A DNA stretch of 63,734 nucleotides from Paramecium tetraurelia (taxonomy: Eukaryota). A model generated the notes under the pieces. That model did not search any database and was not told the origin of the DNA. It saw only the letters and a list, made by a program, of their open reading frames with translations. Below are positions 27,196 through 40,281 of this stretch, piece by piece (position 1 is the first letter of the stretch; the number at the start of each line of letters is the position of its first letter). Location: contig CT868552.1 in the NCBI GenBank assembly GCA_000165425.1, forward strand, positions 372,001 through 435,734, in the 5' to 3' direction. Both the position numbers and the translations under genes were made by a program.

Positions 27196-28291
27196 TCAAT
27201 TTTTTTTCTTTTTCTTATTATTTTTATTGTTTTATATTGTTTCCTTTTTAATTTTTTTTGATTTTTTACTATCTGGTTTTTTTTGTATCTCTTCCTCCTC
27301 TTCTTATTATTATTACTATATTATTTCTATCTACACATGTTTTTCTACCTTTTCTGGTTGAATCTATTATTATTATTCCTCCTTATTTAGACAATTCTCA
27401 CATTTACAGAGTTCCGTGCACTTTTAATTGATGCTATAGCATTCACAGTATTTTTTCTTGCATTCCGATTTTTTACAATTGCAACCCTTTTTAGTTTCTT
27501 TCTGTATGTCTTTCTAAGACTTTTATTCTGTCAAAATTTAAACAACTTTAATACCTTGGATGACTTGTGGTTATTGGCCGTTATTAGTTAAGATGGGAGC
27601 AAATGCTTCTGGGTTTCTAAGGAGAGCTTCCTCTATAGCTTTAGATCTTTCATTTGGATTGTCGATTCTATTTTTGCATTCAGTACAATTACAACTTTAG
27701 GAACACACCTAAAATATTGATGAATCAAACCCAATTATTTGTAAAGCATTCACAATAGAGTTTTAGACATTTACTTTTTTTGCAATTGCATTGAAAAGGA
27801 GAGACTTTTTAATATTAAACTAATTGACTAACTTTAGATTAGAGCTCCTTCGATAAGGTATTTTAGTATTAGGACATATCATAAGGAGGGTAGTAAAATG
27901 GTGGATATGGAGGTCTATACCAAGGAGGAGGATAGGGTTATGGATACTTTTGCATATACTAGTTATTTTGAGGATATTTCATTTGTTATGGCATTTACTA
28001 ATAGTATGGTGGTGGATAATTGTAAAAATGGCGATTATGATCTTCTTCCTATTAATCTAAACCATCTCCAGCAGATAATTTTCTAAATGGATATTTTGGC
28101 TTATTTTTATCTTGGATTTCTTGTTCAGGTAAGAGATTGAATGCAGAGATGTTTTAAGGTGGTTAGAGATAAAACTACTAGGGAGTGAATCTTGGTGATA
28201 TGGTTTGTTATTGTTGAGGCCAATCCTGATCGTAATAGTGAAGTTTTTTATCAGGTTTTTGTTCATTGGAATTGTGATCATCTAAATTCAT
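27196..28291 (-). CDS. CRC-domain (tesmin/TSO1/LIN54-like CXC) protein
   Basis: CNCKKSKCLKLYCECF...C.CTECKN...RNPEAF...KGCNCKKSECKKKYCECY. Pro/Tyr/Gln-rich N-terminus. Confidence 0.92.
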
Positions 28292-28314
28292 AATAAATTA
28301 ATTAAAAATTAATA

Positions 28315-29460
28315 ATGGCAGCAATCAACAAAGAATAGGTCGACATGGATAATCCAGCATTTGCCTAACAAGATCCACATCTTAAAATAAATGATGAGGA
28401 AGAAATGAGTTTACCACCTCAATTTAGAAATCGTTACCCAAGAAGACCACCACTTTTTGATGGGTTATTGAATAATGTTAGGGCTGTTACAAAAAAAGTA
28501 GAACATATCAAAGGATTTAAATTCGAAGTAGCAGGAGGATTATCAAATAATTTTCATTTAGCTCATTCCTGGATGATTCCTCCTTCAGTATTTTGATCAT
28601 ATCTAAAATCATAGAGCAAAGGCAAGGCCCCTAACCCTAATCCCATGAAATAACCCCCTGTTCCAAGCTACACTCTAGCTGCTCAATATTTAGGAGGAGA
28701 GCTAAGGACTCCATTTGATCAACCATCCTATATCATGACTGGCAGATGGGACTCTACCGGCAAATTGGAAGCTGCCATCATAAAGAAATTGAATGAAACA
28801 TTTAATTTTAGGTATGACTATAGTATTCTATCATGAAAATAGATTCAGCGCCTTCTATTTAGATTCTAGTCCTAACAACGCCTAGGTCCATTTGGATTGC
28901 GACATTTCTGGAGAGGATTATGTTCATTCAATTAAATTGGGTACAGGATTGTACAGTTTCAATATGATGTAAACAATTGGTAAGAGACTGGTTCTAGGGT
29001 ATGAGATGATGACATTGGTATTAAATTAAAATAAATTAGACTGAAAGGAATATGTCCTTGATGAGTTATGCTTTCAAATTCGGAATCAATCCAAAGTAGA
29101 ATTTGTATGCCTAATATGTGGGAGCTGCTGATTAATTAATTTTAGCCTACAATCACAGAGTATTTATACTAATATAAACTTAGATTTTGGATAAAGCCTA
29201 TTTTATGTCTGAACTAGAGTATTCCAATTAAACTGGAGAATCTAGAACTATACTTGTAATAGAATTAATTCTAATATTTTAAGGGTTACAGATAAAAGTT
29301 TGCAACATCAGAAGTCATCATCACTATCAATTCAAAAATGAAGTTCAGCTCAAATTTAACCTTGTAAGGATTTGCCTATCAATTAAAATTATGTGCTATT
29401 GCAGATTACAATAAGGATTCTTATAAGTTCGGTTACGGTATTGCAATGGGTTAAGTTTGA
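28315..29460 (+). CDS. TOM40: Mitochondrial import channel TOM40 (porin-3 family)
   Basis: GFKFEVAGGLSNNFHLAHSW, beta-strand pattern, C-terminal ADYNKDSYKFGYGIAMGQV*. About 5 short introns. Confidence 0.85.
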
Positions 29461-29744
29461 TAATTAGTATATAAAAAAAGTATATATATAGTGTTAGCTA
29501 AACTGTTTATAATGATATAAATAAAATATGTTTTTTGATCTCCTATTAAGTTAAATGATATATTTCCCCTTAAATTTAGGTTAGGTATCAATGAATCAAC
29601 TAGAAAGTATTAAGCGGAATGTCATCAATTCATTTAGTTAAATTAATTTGCATATAAGTTATTTATCGATTAGGATATTAAACTGTTTATCTGCATACAT
29701 AAAGAAATGTTGTTAATGCATTTTTATTATTTAATAAATCAATA

Positions 29745-31225
29745 ATGATAAGATTGATATCATCAAATCACAATTTTGTCGTGCTCGTATTATTATCTTT
29801 ATTAATTTCCTCCTGCAATACTAGCAATCATCTCAGAGGACATATTGAATGTATTTTTATAAGATATCTTAGAGCATTAAAATAAGCATTTGTCTTCACG
29901 CAGAGCCTCTTAAAACCCTTATGTAGATTTCATAGTTGGATTCTTTTTAATATTTGGGGCTATTGCTTTGTTATGGTACAATGAGAGGAGGTTGTTATTA
30001 TATAACTTAACAAACTTAGATAGGCAATCACAGAATATCGATTAGATGAAGCAAAGAAATAATGCACTTCAGTCAGCTCACTTGAAGTGAATCCTAATAC
30101 AAATAATTAATTAATTCACACTAATGGTAGAGATTCATTTATATCATTCTAATAGGCGAAACTACTACCAATGATCTTGTTGTTGATGCTGCTTTTGGTT
30201 TGTCTTTGAAGGATTGTGTTAAGCTAGATAGAGTAGTGGAAATGTATTAATGGGTTCGCAAAACAAAAGAAGAAAATAATACCACAGTTTATTATTATGT
30301 TTAAGAATGGAACACAACGTTTCATTCTGATTGTGGGGAAGGACACTTTAATAACAAAAATTATTGGATTGTAGAATAAGAGACATAAATTAATATGAAT
30401 GTTCGTCTTGGTGCTTATTTGATGAGTAAATCCTTGGCAGAACAAACAAACGCAAAAGAAAGTATTCCTATGAATCTTCATAATGCATAAGTAGTTGCCA
30501 ATTTTTATGGATATGAAAAGGGATTCACCAATTAGTAAGATTTATCAATATAATAGCGAAGCCAATGAACAATATATATATTTCTAATAAAATAAAGGAG
30601 CTATCACTATGAATGATTTGAGAGTCTCATTCAACGCTTCAAAAACTGGTCCTACAACTGTGATTACTTATTAGTAGAATGATACATTTACACCTTTTGT
30701 CTTTCAAGATAAATTTAATTAAACTTTGGCTAGGGATTAAAATTTTGAAAATTTGGATAATGTGGAATTCAATTGTGCAAATTGTTGTTGCTTTATTTGC
30801 AAATATTTTAGATCAATTGAAAAACCTATCACTGAGATTAATTGGATCTATGAATCAATTTTGACATTAGATTAGGTTTTTTAAAAAAAAGCAGATGAAA
30901 ATCAATGTACAACAACACTATAACGATTGGGAGGATACACAATAATGGTAATATCTATTATTATGTTTCATAGGGAGTTGGATTTTGGTTTATATTTTCT
31001 CCCATCACATTTATTGTTTCAGTATTACCATTTATTGGAAACTTTTTAGCTTAAATCACTGGTATTATCTTTTTATTAGTCAGTTTTACAATATCGATAC
31101 CATTTTCCATTTTAATCATAGCTTTTGCTTGGTTATTTTATCATCCAAAATACGGATTCGCTTTAATGGGGCTTTCTGCATTAATTGGAGCAGGAATATA
31201 TTTTTACATTAAATATTAAAGTTGA
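29745..31225 (+). CDS. TMEM43: TMEM43/LUMA-like membrane protein
   Basis: GFFLIFGAIALLWYNERR, D..FGL...VKLDRVVEMYQW, DLRVSF, and C-terminal TM segments with LAWLFYHPKYG. Confidence 0.85.
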
Positions 31226-31876
31226 AGTAAATATCATTGTATTTCTATAATAAATAGCCATACTAAACATATTATCTATAAAATTGTTATTAAATCTCTA
31301 TTTTCAATTAACTTACAAAGATTTATTTTTCTTACATTTGATATATTAATTCTGAAATGTATAACTTTAAATCTGTAAATTTCCTTCAAACAAGAGAATT
31401 CATATAGAAATTAACTTTAATTTATATCTTTAGGGTTGCAAGTAAATTCATTTTATTAAAGATTAGCTTTAATGTTCTACCCAATAATTAAATTAATAGG
31501 CCATTTCCTTAATGAATATCTTGCTTGAGCTACAGTATGAAATCCATTATTATAAGCCTTATAGGATTTGAAATGGCAGCTTTACTCAATTTTATCAAGT
31601 TTAAAATGTATGTTATGTCTATAATAATTTCATCATCCTATACCTAAACTATTTTCAATATTTGTAATCCTTACAATATATCTGGACAACATTCTCCAAG
31701 ATATTTCATGAGCAGATTTATCAATTTATTCAACTTTTTTATGATTTTAGATAATAATGATTTAAAAGATGTATGTTATTCAAACACAATCTAATCATTT
31801 ATATTGAATTTATAATTATATTCAAGTAGTGCATTAAAAATACGAATAAAATAATAAAATTTAAGTCATAATATAA

Positions 31877-33904
31877 TCATATAAATAATGGTTAATTCAC
31901 TTATGAAGGCAAATCAAAGTAGTCTTAAATTTTATTAGATTTAGTCAAGTGTTCGTAAAGCTATTTAAATTCTTCTTAAATATCTAAAAATCGATGAGCC
32001 TTTTGAGAAATAATTTAATAATTAATAGGGGAATAAATTGTGAGAGGATTATAAGGAGGACATTCTTCCAAAGCTACAAAGGGATGTTATTATCTAATTT
32101 AGATTCATTATATACCCATAACTGTCGATATAAATGCCCTCTTTTAATGGGTCGAATTGAGTGCCATACTTCTTTAAAAAGTCAAGAAGAATTTATTTTT
32201 TGTCATTTTGAGTGTAATGCTTACACATGTAGATTGCGGCTAGCATTATTGATAAACAAAATGAACTTATTCCACCTATTTACATTAGATAAATTAAATA
32301 CCTGTGTGGGCATCATTTAAGTTTTTTGATTTAACTAAATGTTTTAGAATTAACATGATATCTCTGTACCAAACAAATCTACTAACCCAATCTTTAACAA
32401 TTGTTGTGGAAGCAAATCCTAAATGAGGATTATTATAAACATTGCTCCATTAATAAATCCAAGTTATATCCACCTAAATGATCTTTCCTAAGAATTGTGA
32501 TGATTGAATTATACCTTGATCATTTTGATCCAAGTGAAAATATGACCAGTTCTATTGTATATGTTAATCCTCATCATAAAAGCTTGATTTAGGATTCAAT
32601 TCTAATTTGAGTATTGGCATCTGACTTTGAATTAATCTAAAGATATAAATTTTGATGATTACTTCGATTTAATTAAAAATGGTGTCTACTTTAATGTATT
32701 ATTTAATAACTACAGAAAACTTACTATTTAACTATAGCTCAAGTTCTAAGATCCCCAAATTCCGACATCTACATCGCTTATTTCTAAATCTAGTCCGGTT
32801 TCAAAAGATCCATAAGGATACATATTTAGATGGTAATTGGTATAAATAAGATAATTAAGTCTATTCAAACAAATTTATTTTCTAATTCTATTTTGATAAC
32901 TTTTTTATTGAATATAATTGGATAATTCATCAATATCGTAAGTTTTAGATTTCACTAAATTCAATTGTTTTCTTTTAATGGGTGTGGTTTATGTGGAATG
33001 AGGATATTATTTATCACCAACTTTTTCTCCATTATTGTTATAGTTCTTCTTTTTTGTTTTTTCTCTGCTTGATAATTTTTAACCACTTAATTCAATTTAT
33101 TTATTGTCATATGATTATTAGAGACAATCGTCTGATTCTGATTATGAATTTCCTGCAGTTGTACTTCTTGCTCCAATCTAAGTTATAGTTACATAAAATA
33201 CATGACTAAATTAAGCATCAAAGTCAGCGGAATCTTTTTTGTTTTCTTATTCACAGTTTTCAATCTGAGTGTTGCTGAGCTACTTTTTTTATCTTTACTA
33301 ATTTAATTGTTGTTTTATTTTATGAGACCCTTAAGGAGTCAGTTAATTATGTTGTTTTTCTTTAGATTGTTATTGAGTTTGAGGTTATTATGGATACTAT
33401 TTCTGAGTTAGAGTTTAATTTTTGGGTATTTTCAATTACGAATCTGTTTTATTCTTCCTGTTCTTAGCTTTTTTGTGAGACTTTTATTTTTTAGCAGGGA
33501 TTGGTTATGCTGTTGGTGGTAATTAAAATGAGTCAATGTCGTTTTAGTCACAATTTTATAAAACTTTATATTGTTCAGAAATTTATTCTTTCTAATTCTG
33601 CTACTAACAATTAAATTGAAGTTCTTCATTAATAACACTCAAAGATAAACACATTAGATTTTTAATACAAGTATTAGCATCAAACTCTTCATTCTTTTTT
33701 TTCAATACAGCCTTACTCTATTAATTTATACTAAACTTATACATTCCCTTAATTAGTTCCTTCTGAATCTTTTCTACTTTCAAGCTATGATTTTTCTTTT
33801 TAATTGTCTATCTAATTGTTTTTTGAGCGAAATTATTTTGTTCCTTTTATCGTCTCATTATTCTTACATTCATTGGTTTGGAAAGATGTGCTTTAATTTT
33901 GCAT
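31877..33904 (-). CDS. Non-canonical poly(A) polymerase / terminal nucleotidyltransferase (Trf4/PAPD5/Cid-like)
   Basis: Pol-beta NTase motif SLYGSFETGLDLEISDVDVGI, then KVDIT and ILKHLVKSKNLNDAHT|GGISSF. Long basic, low-complexity N-terminus. Confidence 0.85.
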
Positions 33905-34899
33905 TAAAGAAATGATTTATTATTTTTTTTATATTCTCAATAAGATTAATAAGTATACATTATGAATTCATTGATCTTTTTGAAGTAGCGTATTAAAAAA
34001 TTAATTTAAATGAACTAATTTGTAGCTGCAGGGACGCACTATATCATCTCTCAATAAAATATCAATCAAATTCATCATGAATTTTATTTACTTCGAAAAA
34101 TTAATTATAATCGATCATATGAGATATTAATTAATGATTTATATTATCACATTTAATAGTAAATTAATAAAAGAGTTTAAAAGTTATTTTTACACAGCAT
34201 CCTCCACTCTTTCTTAGAATATCCTCTAATCCGCAGAGTATGATATAAAATTTTGCTTCAGTTTTAATAGTATCATTCAAAAAAAGAGATGAAATCAAGG
34301 AGAAATGAATCTATATAATTACATCAATACTCTTTGAACAATATTTAAGATCTTAAATTAGAAGGCAAAGAAAATTTAAGATGTAAAATTTGAAGAAAAA
34401 TATGAACAGAAAGAAATAGCATAAGTAGTTTTAATGATGAGAAATAATTTAAAAGAGAATTCATGTAAATAAAATAAAGAATTTATAACTTTGAAATTTG
34501 CCTTAAAACTCTTTTATTTGATTATAACTGATGATATTTCTCAAAATATTGCTAAATTAATCCAATATTTTATTAAAAATAATTATTATCATAAATGTCA
34601 TATTATATTTTACTCCAATTAGAAGTTTTATTGGAATTTTGTTATCAATTAGTTTCTAGATTAAAATTTTTCTAAAAGTCCAAAAGTTTGTTATAAATAT
34701 GTATATGAATGGAATTCAAAAGAGAAGCAAAGAATAATAAATAGTTAATAAGCCTTCTAATTCCCAATTTTTTGGTTTAATCTCTCATTCAATTTTGATT
34801 GATGTTAGTTTATATAAGAATTTAAATCCATTGATGTCAATTTCGATTATAAAATTGTGACAAATGTTATTAATAAAAATAGTAAAATAATAATCAAAA

Positions 34900-35720
34900 A
34901 TGTTTAGATTGTTTGATTCCAATTATCAATAGATGAATCAAATTTTTGAAGATAGTGGGAATGTTCTCTGGCTTGGGGATTTTACTGCAGCATTAGACAG
35001 GACTCTTCTCGATTCTAAAGGGATTAAGACAGTGTTAACTGTTGCAACGGGCTTAGATGTTTCTTATAGAGAGGCTGGAATAACTCATAAGGTAAATAAT
35101 TTCAAATAAGATAGGTTTATCATATCCTAGATTCAGAAACTGCAAACATAGGTAGATTATTTTCGGACACAAACACTTAAATAACTGAAGGTTTGAAAAG
35201 AGGATCAGTTTTAGTACATTGTGCTGCTGGAGTCTCTAGGTCTGCTTCAGTGGTGATAGCATATTTGATGAAAACAAAAGGTTTAGGGTTTTCAGAGGCT
35301 TTTAACTTTGTCAAAAAGAGAAGAAGTGTCATTTAGCCTAATTATGGATTTATTAAATAATTAAGAAATTATGAAAAAGAAGTCAAGATAGTAAAAAAGG
35401 AACCACTTCAACTAAAGGTAAGTGAAAATCCGTCAGATGGAAAGGGTTGGCAAATGATGAAGAATTAAGAGAAGAAGACAGCCGATCTAAACATAGTTGG
35501 CCAACAAGCTGTTCAATAACGATAACCAAGTGTATTGGTTTAACCAAAAATCACAACTTCAAATTCTACAAGAGCTAATTCTACTGTGAACTCGAAAAAG
35601 TTATTTGAACCATAGAAGACTTATTAAGGACCATAGATTGTAACCTATGCAAAAAATAATAAATTAGTTCTAAAAAATCAATTTGCAATGCCTGAGATAA
35701 AATAAAAAAATTACAAGTGA
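34900..35720 (+). CDS. Dual-specificity protein phosphatase
   Basis: LWLGD, VLVHCAAGVSRSASVVIAYLM and KRRSVIQPNYGFIKQL. One intron. Confidence 0.93.
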
Positions 35721-36311
35721 AAGTATACTTATTTATTTCATTTTATAAATTTAAGTCATTTCATTCATGTTATAAATGGATTTTGAATAATAATTGACTA
35801 ATATTGAATTAATCAAATAAAAAAGTATTTCCAAATAGAATAAACTTTTTTTATCAGTTAGTGGTTAAGACTCAGTCTTTATTTCAAAATCTTAATGATT
35901 AATATATTCCTGGCTAAAAAAATGCTGTATTAGTTTAAAAATTTAACTGTTATGTAATTGTGAGAGCAAATCAATCAAAATTATTATTTTTTCCTTCCTT
36001 TTTTAGGGTTATTATTTATACTTCAATTCTTATATCCCTAAATAATAAATAGTTATTTTCTTCTTGATGTACAATTCAACAGACATATAAAAACTTCATC
36101 GAAGGAAAATAATTGAATATTTATATAGGATAATTCAGGTTTAGCTTTCATTGGTGTCTAATTAATACTGGTTGAGTATTTAAGTTATTTCATTTGTTTC
36201 AAAATATTGATCAATTGTAGAATTATTGGGTCTTGTCCACTATTGATACTTTCAAATTAATTGCAATTCTATTTAAATTCATTTGATTTTGAAATATATT
36301 AATAAAATCAA

Positions 36312-39300
36312 ATGGACAGAAAGAAGTTATTATTTGAAAACAATTTGAAAAGTAATTGTTAAGATCTTATGGCTGGAATAAGAGAAACAAAAGCGAAGGT
36401 AAATGAAATCCGTTCTAGGTGTGATTCCATTAAAAGAGGGAGTTCTAAGTAATTAATCCATTCATCAGCAATAGATAGCCTTTTGAAGTTAATAATAAGT
36501 CTTATGAAATATCAACTAAAACAAGTGGGAGTTTTATCAATTTGAAGGATAATGATGTTTCTTATCTAAAAAAGAAAATTGAAGATTTGCAATTCAGAAT
36601 AGATTCATAGGACTCAAAACTAAAGGCAAGGGAGAAGGAGATTGTGTATCAGCAATCCCAAATCAAATAGTTTGTACTAGAGATTAATGAAATTCAAATA
36701 ATCGAAGACAATTACAAAGAGGAGATATCAGTTTTGAATAAGGAAATATCATAATGGAAGGAAAAGTACTTTGCAAATCTCAAGGAGTATCAGTTTCGTT
36801 AAGCTCAATAATCTCGATAGTCGTAATAAGAGCAAGGCCTCATGAGGAAGAAGTATGAAGAAATAATCGAATAGCAATAAAGAGAAATGGAATCTATTGA
36901 AATTAGATTTGAAAATGAGAGGGAAAATCTCTATAGGGCACTTGAACTATAGAATAAAACTTAGTCGAAAAACAACGAATTGAATGTAAATATAAATAGT
37001 ATTGTTAGGAATTGATAATTCAATTGGAAGATAAAGAAAGTGAAACCCATAAATTAAAAGAAAAGATTTAAGTGTTGGAGACGAACAAGGAAGAATTAAA
37101 ATTACATCTATAATAATAGACTTCTAAACTGAATGAATAAATCAATAAAAATAATTATGTATGAATCTTTATTCATTACAATAGATTGAATAATAAAGGA
37201 ATCAAGAAATCTAAAATCTTTAATTTCAAGTACAAGTTAAAGATAAGCAAATCCAAAATTTATTAAGCCAAATTGGAGAATAGAGAAACAAAACGAATTT
37301 ATAGGATTAGGAGAGACTGCAATAATTAGAAAATCTAAATAATTAACTAGTTTAGGAGATAAGCGTATTGGAAGGGGAACTTGCAAAATTGAAACAATAA
37401 GCTAAAGATTTTCAGAAGGTAACTTAATTAGAAAAAGAGAATGAAAATCTCTAGATGATAATATAAGATCAAAAAGTATAGAACCATGATACAAAATAAT
37501 AATTAAAGTTGCTTTAAGAAGAAATTAATTAATTAAAAGGATAAAATTAGAATAAATCTAATACAATTTAATTAGAATAAGAAATTAAATATTATGCAAG
37601 ACTATTAAGTGAATTATAGGAAGAGAATGGAAAGCTTTAGAATTAGTTGCTGGACTTTGAAGAAATAAATGAGGAACTACTACTATTGAGAAGGAATAAT
37701 GAGGAATTATAATAATAATAAACTGAAGATTCCAAATTGGTAGAAGACTAATCTTTGAAAATCATATAGTTAGAATAAGAGTTAAATCATTTAAGACAAT
37801 AAAATTAGTAGGAATCTATAATAAAAGAACTGAACAAATAAATAGAATAATTAAATTAGATCAATAAAGAAAGGGAAGCTGAAATACTTTATTAGTAGGA
37901 TTTGCTATTAAAATAAAATGTAAATTCAAAAGAGTTTGATAAATTAATAACAGAATAAAAGGCTGAAAATAAGGAGTATTAGATATAAAATAACTAATTG
38001 ACAAACTAAGTTGCTCTATTATAAAAATAAAATTAAGAAATTTTACAGGAATTAAAAAAAAGTTAGTTGGAGATTGAATCATATAATAAAAAACATGAAG
38101 AAAATTTACAAAAAATGCAGACTTTAGAAAAAGATAAATAATAAATTTAAAATAATTTTGATCATCACATAAAAGAAATATAAAAAAAAGATGCTGAAAA
38201 GTTATCAAATTTCACATAATTAGAAAATGAAAATGCAAAATTGTATTAACAGAGAAATAAATTATAAGAAAGAATTGGAGAATTAGAAGAGGCAGCCAAT
38301 CAACAATAGATTGAATTAAGTAATCTTAAAAAAGATAATGAAGAACTTCTAAATCAATTGGAAACTTAAAATTCTCACTTAATTGATAATAATGAATAGG
38401 TTTAGAAAGTAAACTTCTTAAATCAGGAGTAGTAAAATATTATAAATGAGAAGGAGCTATTTATTAAATAACTAGAATCCTAGAATCAAGAGTTAGAACT
38501 TAAAGTAGAAAAATTAAGTATTGAGATACAAGAACAATAAGAGTAACAGTAGAATTTCGAGAATTAATAAGAAGGAAATGATTAAGAACTCTTATTGTAG
38601 GAAATTGATTTGTTAAAACAAAAAAATTAAGAATTAGAAAACTAACTTAATTAATAAATTGATGATGATGCAGAAGAAATAGATAAATTGGAAAAGGAAC
38701 TCTATCATTAGAAATAGAATTATAATGAGTTAAAAATAAATTTAGAAGAGCTATAAACTGGTAAGGAAGATTCGCAGAAAAGAGCGGAAGAAAAGGATGA
38801 AGAAATAGAGAGATTAAAATAGATTGTATTTGAATATTAGGAGTAATAAGATGAATCAAAAAAATAAATAGAAGACTTATACAACAATCAAAAAGAATTG
38901 GCAATTGAATTGAGTGAAAATCAGAAAATCATTTAGGATTTAGAATCAACAATAGTTGAAAAAGAAGAATAAATTAAAAATCTTTAATAACAAACACCTT
39001 AAAATGATTTTATAAATTAGGAGACAGAGAAACTAATGTTTTAAGTGAAATAAATGTAAGAATAGATTGAAGATTAAAATTAAACAATACTACAATTAGA
39101 AAATGAATTAAATAATAAAGATTCATAATTAAAATAGAAATTATATGAAATTAGATAAATGAGTTTATAAACACAATTAATAGAAATCAAATTAACAAGG
39201 GAAATTGAAGACCTAAAAAATAAAGCATTTGAAGCTATTTAATAGAGGGTGAAATACGAAAACGAACTATTGAAATTTTAATAGGAATCAGAAAAACAAA

Positions 39301-40226
39301 TAGAATTATCAAGAATAGAGCCAAATAATTAATAATGCACCTATGAAAATGAAGATTTAAGTCATATTGCTTTGGGAAAAGCTCCTGAAGCAGAAGATAA
39401 TTAAGAAGAATATTCATAAAGTTTTGAAGAGTATTAAGAGGAAATTGAAGTTAAAGACTAAGAAAAATAGGAAGAATTGTAAGAACCTCAGATTAATATA
39501 ATTTAAATTGAAGAGGCTCCATAAATAGAATTAGATAAAGAAGAAAATGAGGAGGTCTTTGAATTGTGTAATGCATAAAAACAAGAAGAGAATTCAGACT
39601 AGGAGTTAAAGGAGCCAATTGCTGAGATCATCTAAGACGATGAATACCAATAAATCGAATTAGATGAAAAACCAAAAGATTAATTTGGAATTAATTAAAA
39701 GTATGAAACACAGAATTTGTTAGAACTTGAAGAACCTGAAATTAAAATAGTTCAAATGATTTAATAGCCATAAATCGAATTAGATTCACAGAAAAAAAAT
39801 CAAGAAGAAGTTTTTGAATTAGGAAATGCAGCAGATGAAGAAGATGATGAAGAAGAACTCAAACAAGTTGTTTGTGAAATAGTTTAAAATCCACCTAATA
39901 TATAGATTGAGTTGGATTAAGGAGATAATAATATTCCACATTAATAGAATCAAACAAATAATCTTGGGGTAGAAAATCCAAAGGAGAAACCTAAAGTTGA
40001 AAAAGATCTTCTAAACTTATTAGATCTTTAGGAACCTGTAACAGAGATAGTTTAAGTTGAATAGTATGTATAATTGGAATTAGATTAAGAGAATTTTGAA
40101 TTAAAAGAACCTGATCAGCAATTAGAAGAAGAAGTTGAAATTCAACTAGATAAGAAACCTTAAGAGTTTCCTGGGTAATATTTAGAAGAGGAAGAGGAAT
40201 TAAGGAATGATTCATAATTAGAATGA
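36312..40226 (+). CDS. Large coiled-coil protein (~1270 aa) with acidic repetitive C-terminus
   Basis: MDRKKLLFENN..., a long Q/E/K/L heptad frame open in ciliate code, about 3 introns in the 5' part, TGA at 40224-40226. Confidence 0.85.
39474..40085 (+). repeat. Five degenerate 21-aa repeats, consensus [E/D]LxEPxxEIVQxxxxxQIELD
   Basis: ELQEPQINIIQIEEAPQIELD, ELKEPIAEIIQDDEYQQIELD, ELEEPEIKIVQMIQQPQIELD, ELKQVVCEIVQNPPNIQIELD, DLQEPVTEIVQVEQYVQLELD. Confidence 0.8.
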
Positions 40227-40281
40227 CTTATAAATTATGATAACATTAACTACAGTAAGTTAGTTATAAATATATCATCTT

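Noticed and set aside
31385..31850. Minus-strand open stretch of ~130-150 codons downstream of the nucleotidyltransferase
   Set aside because: No convincing start or motif. Long open frames arise easily when TGA is the only stop.
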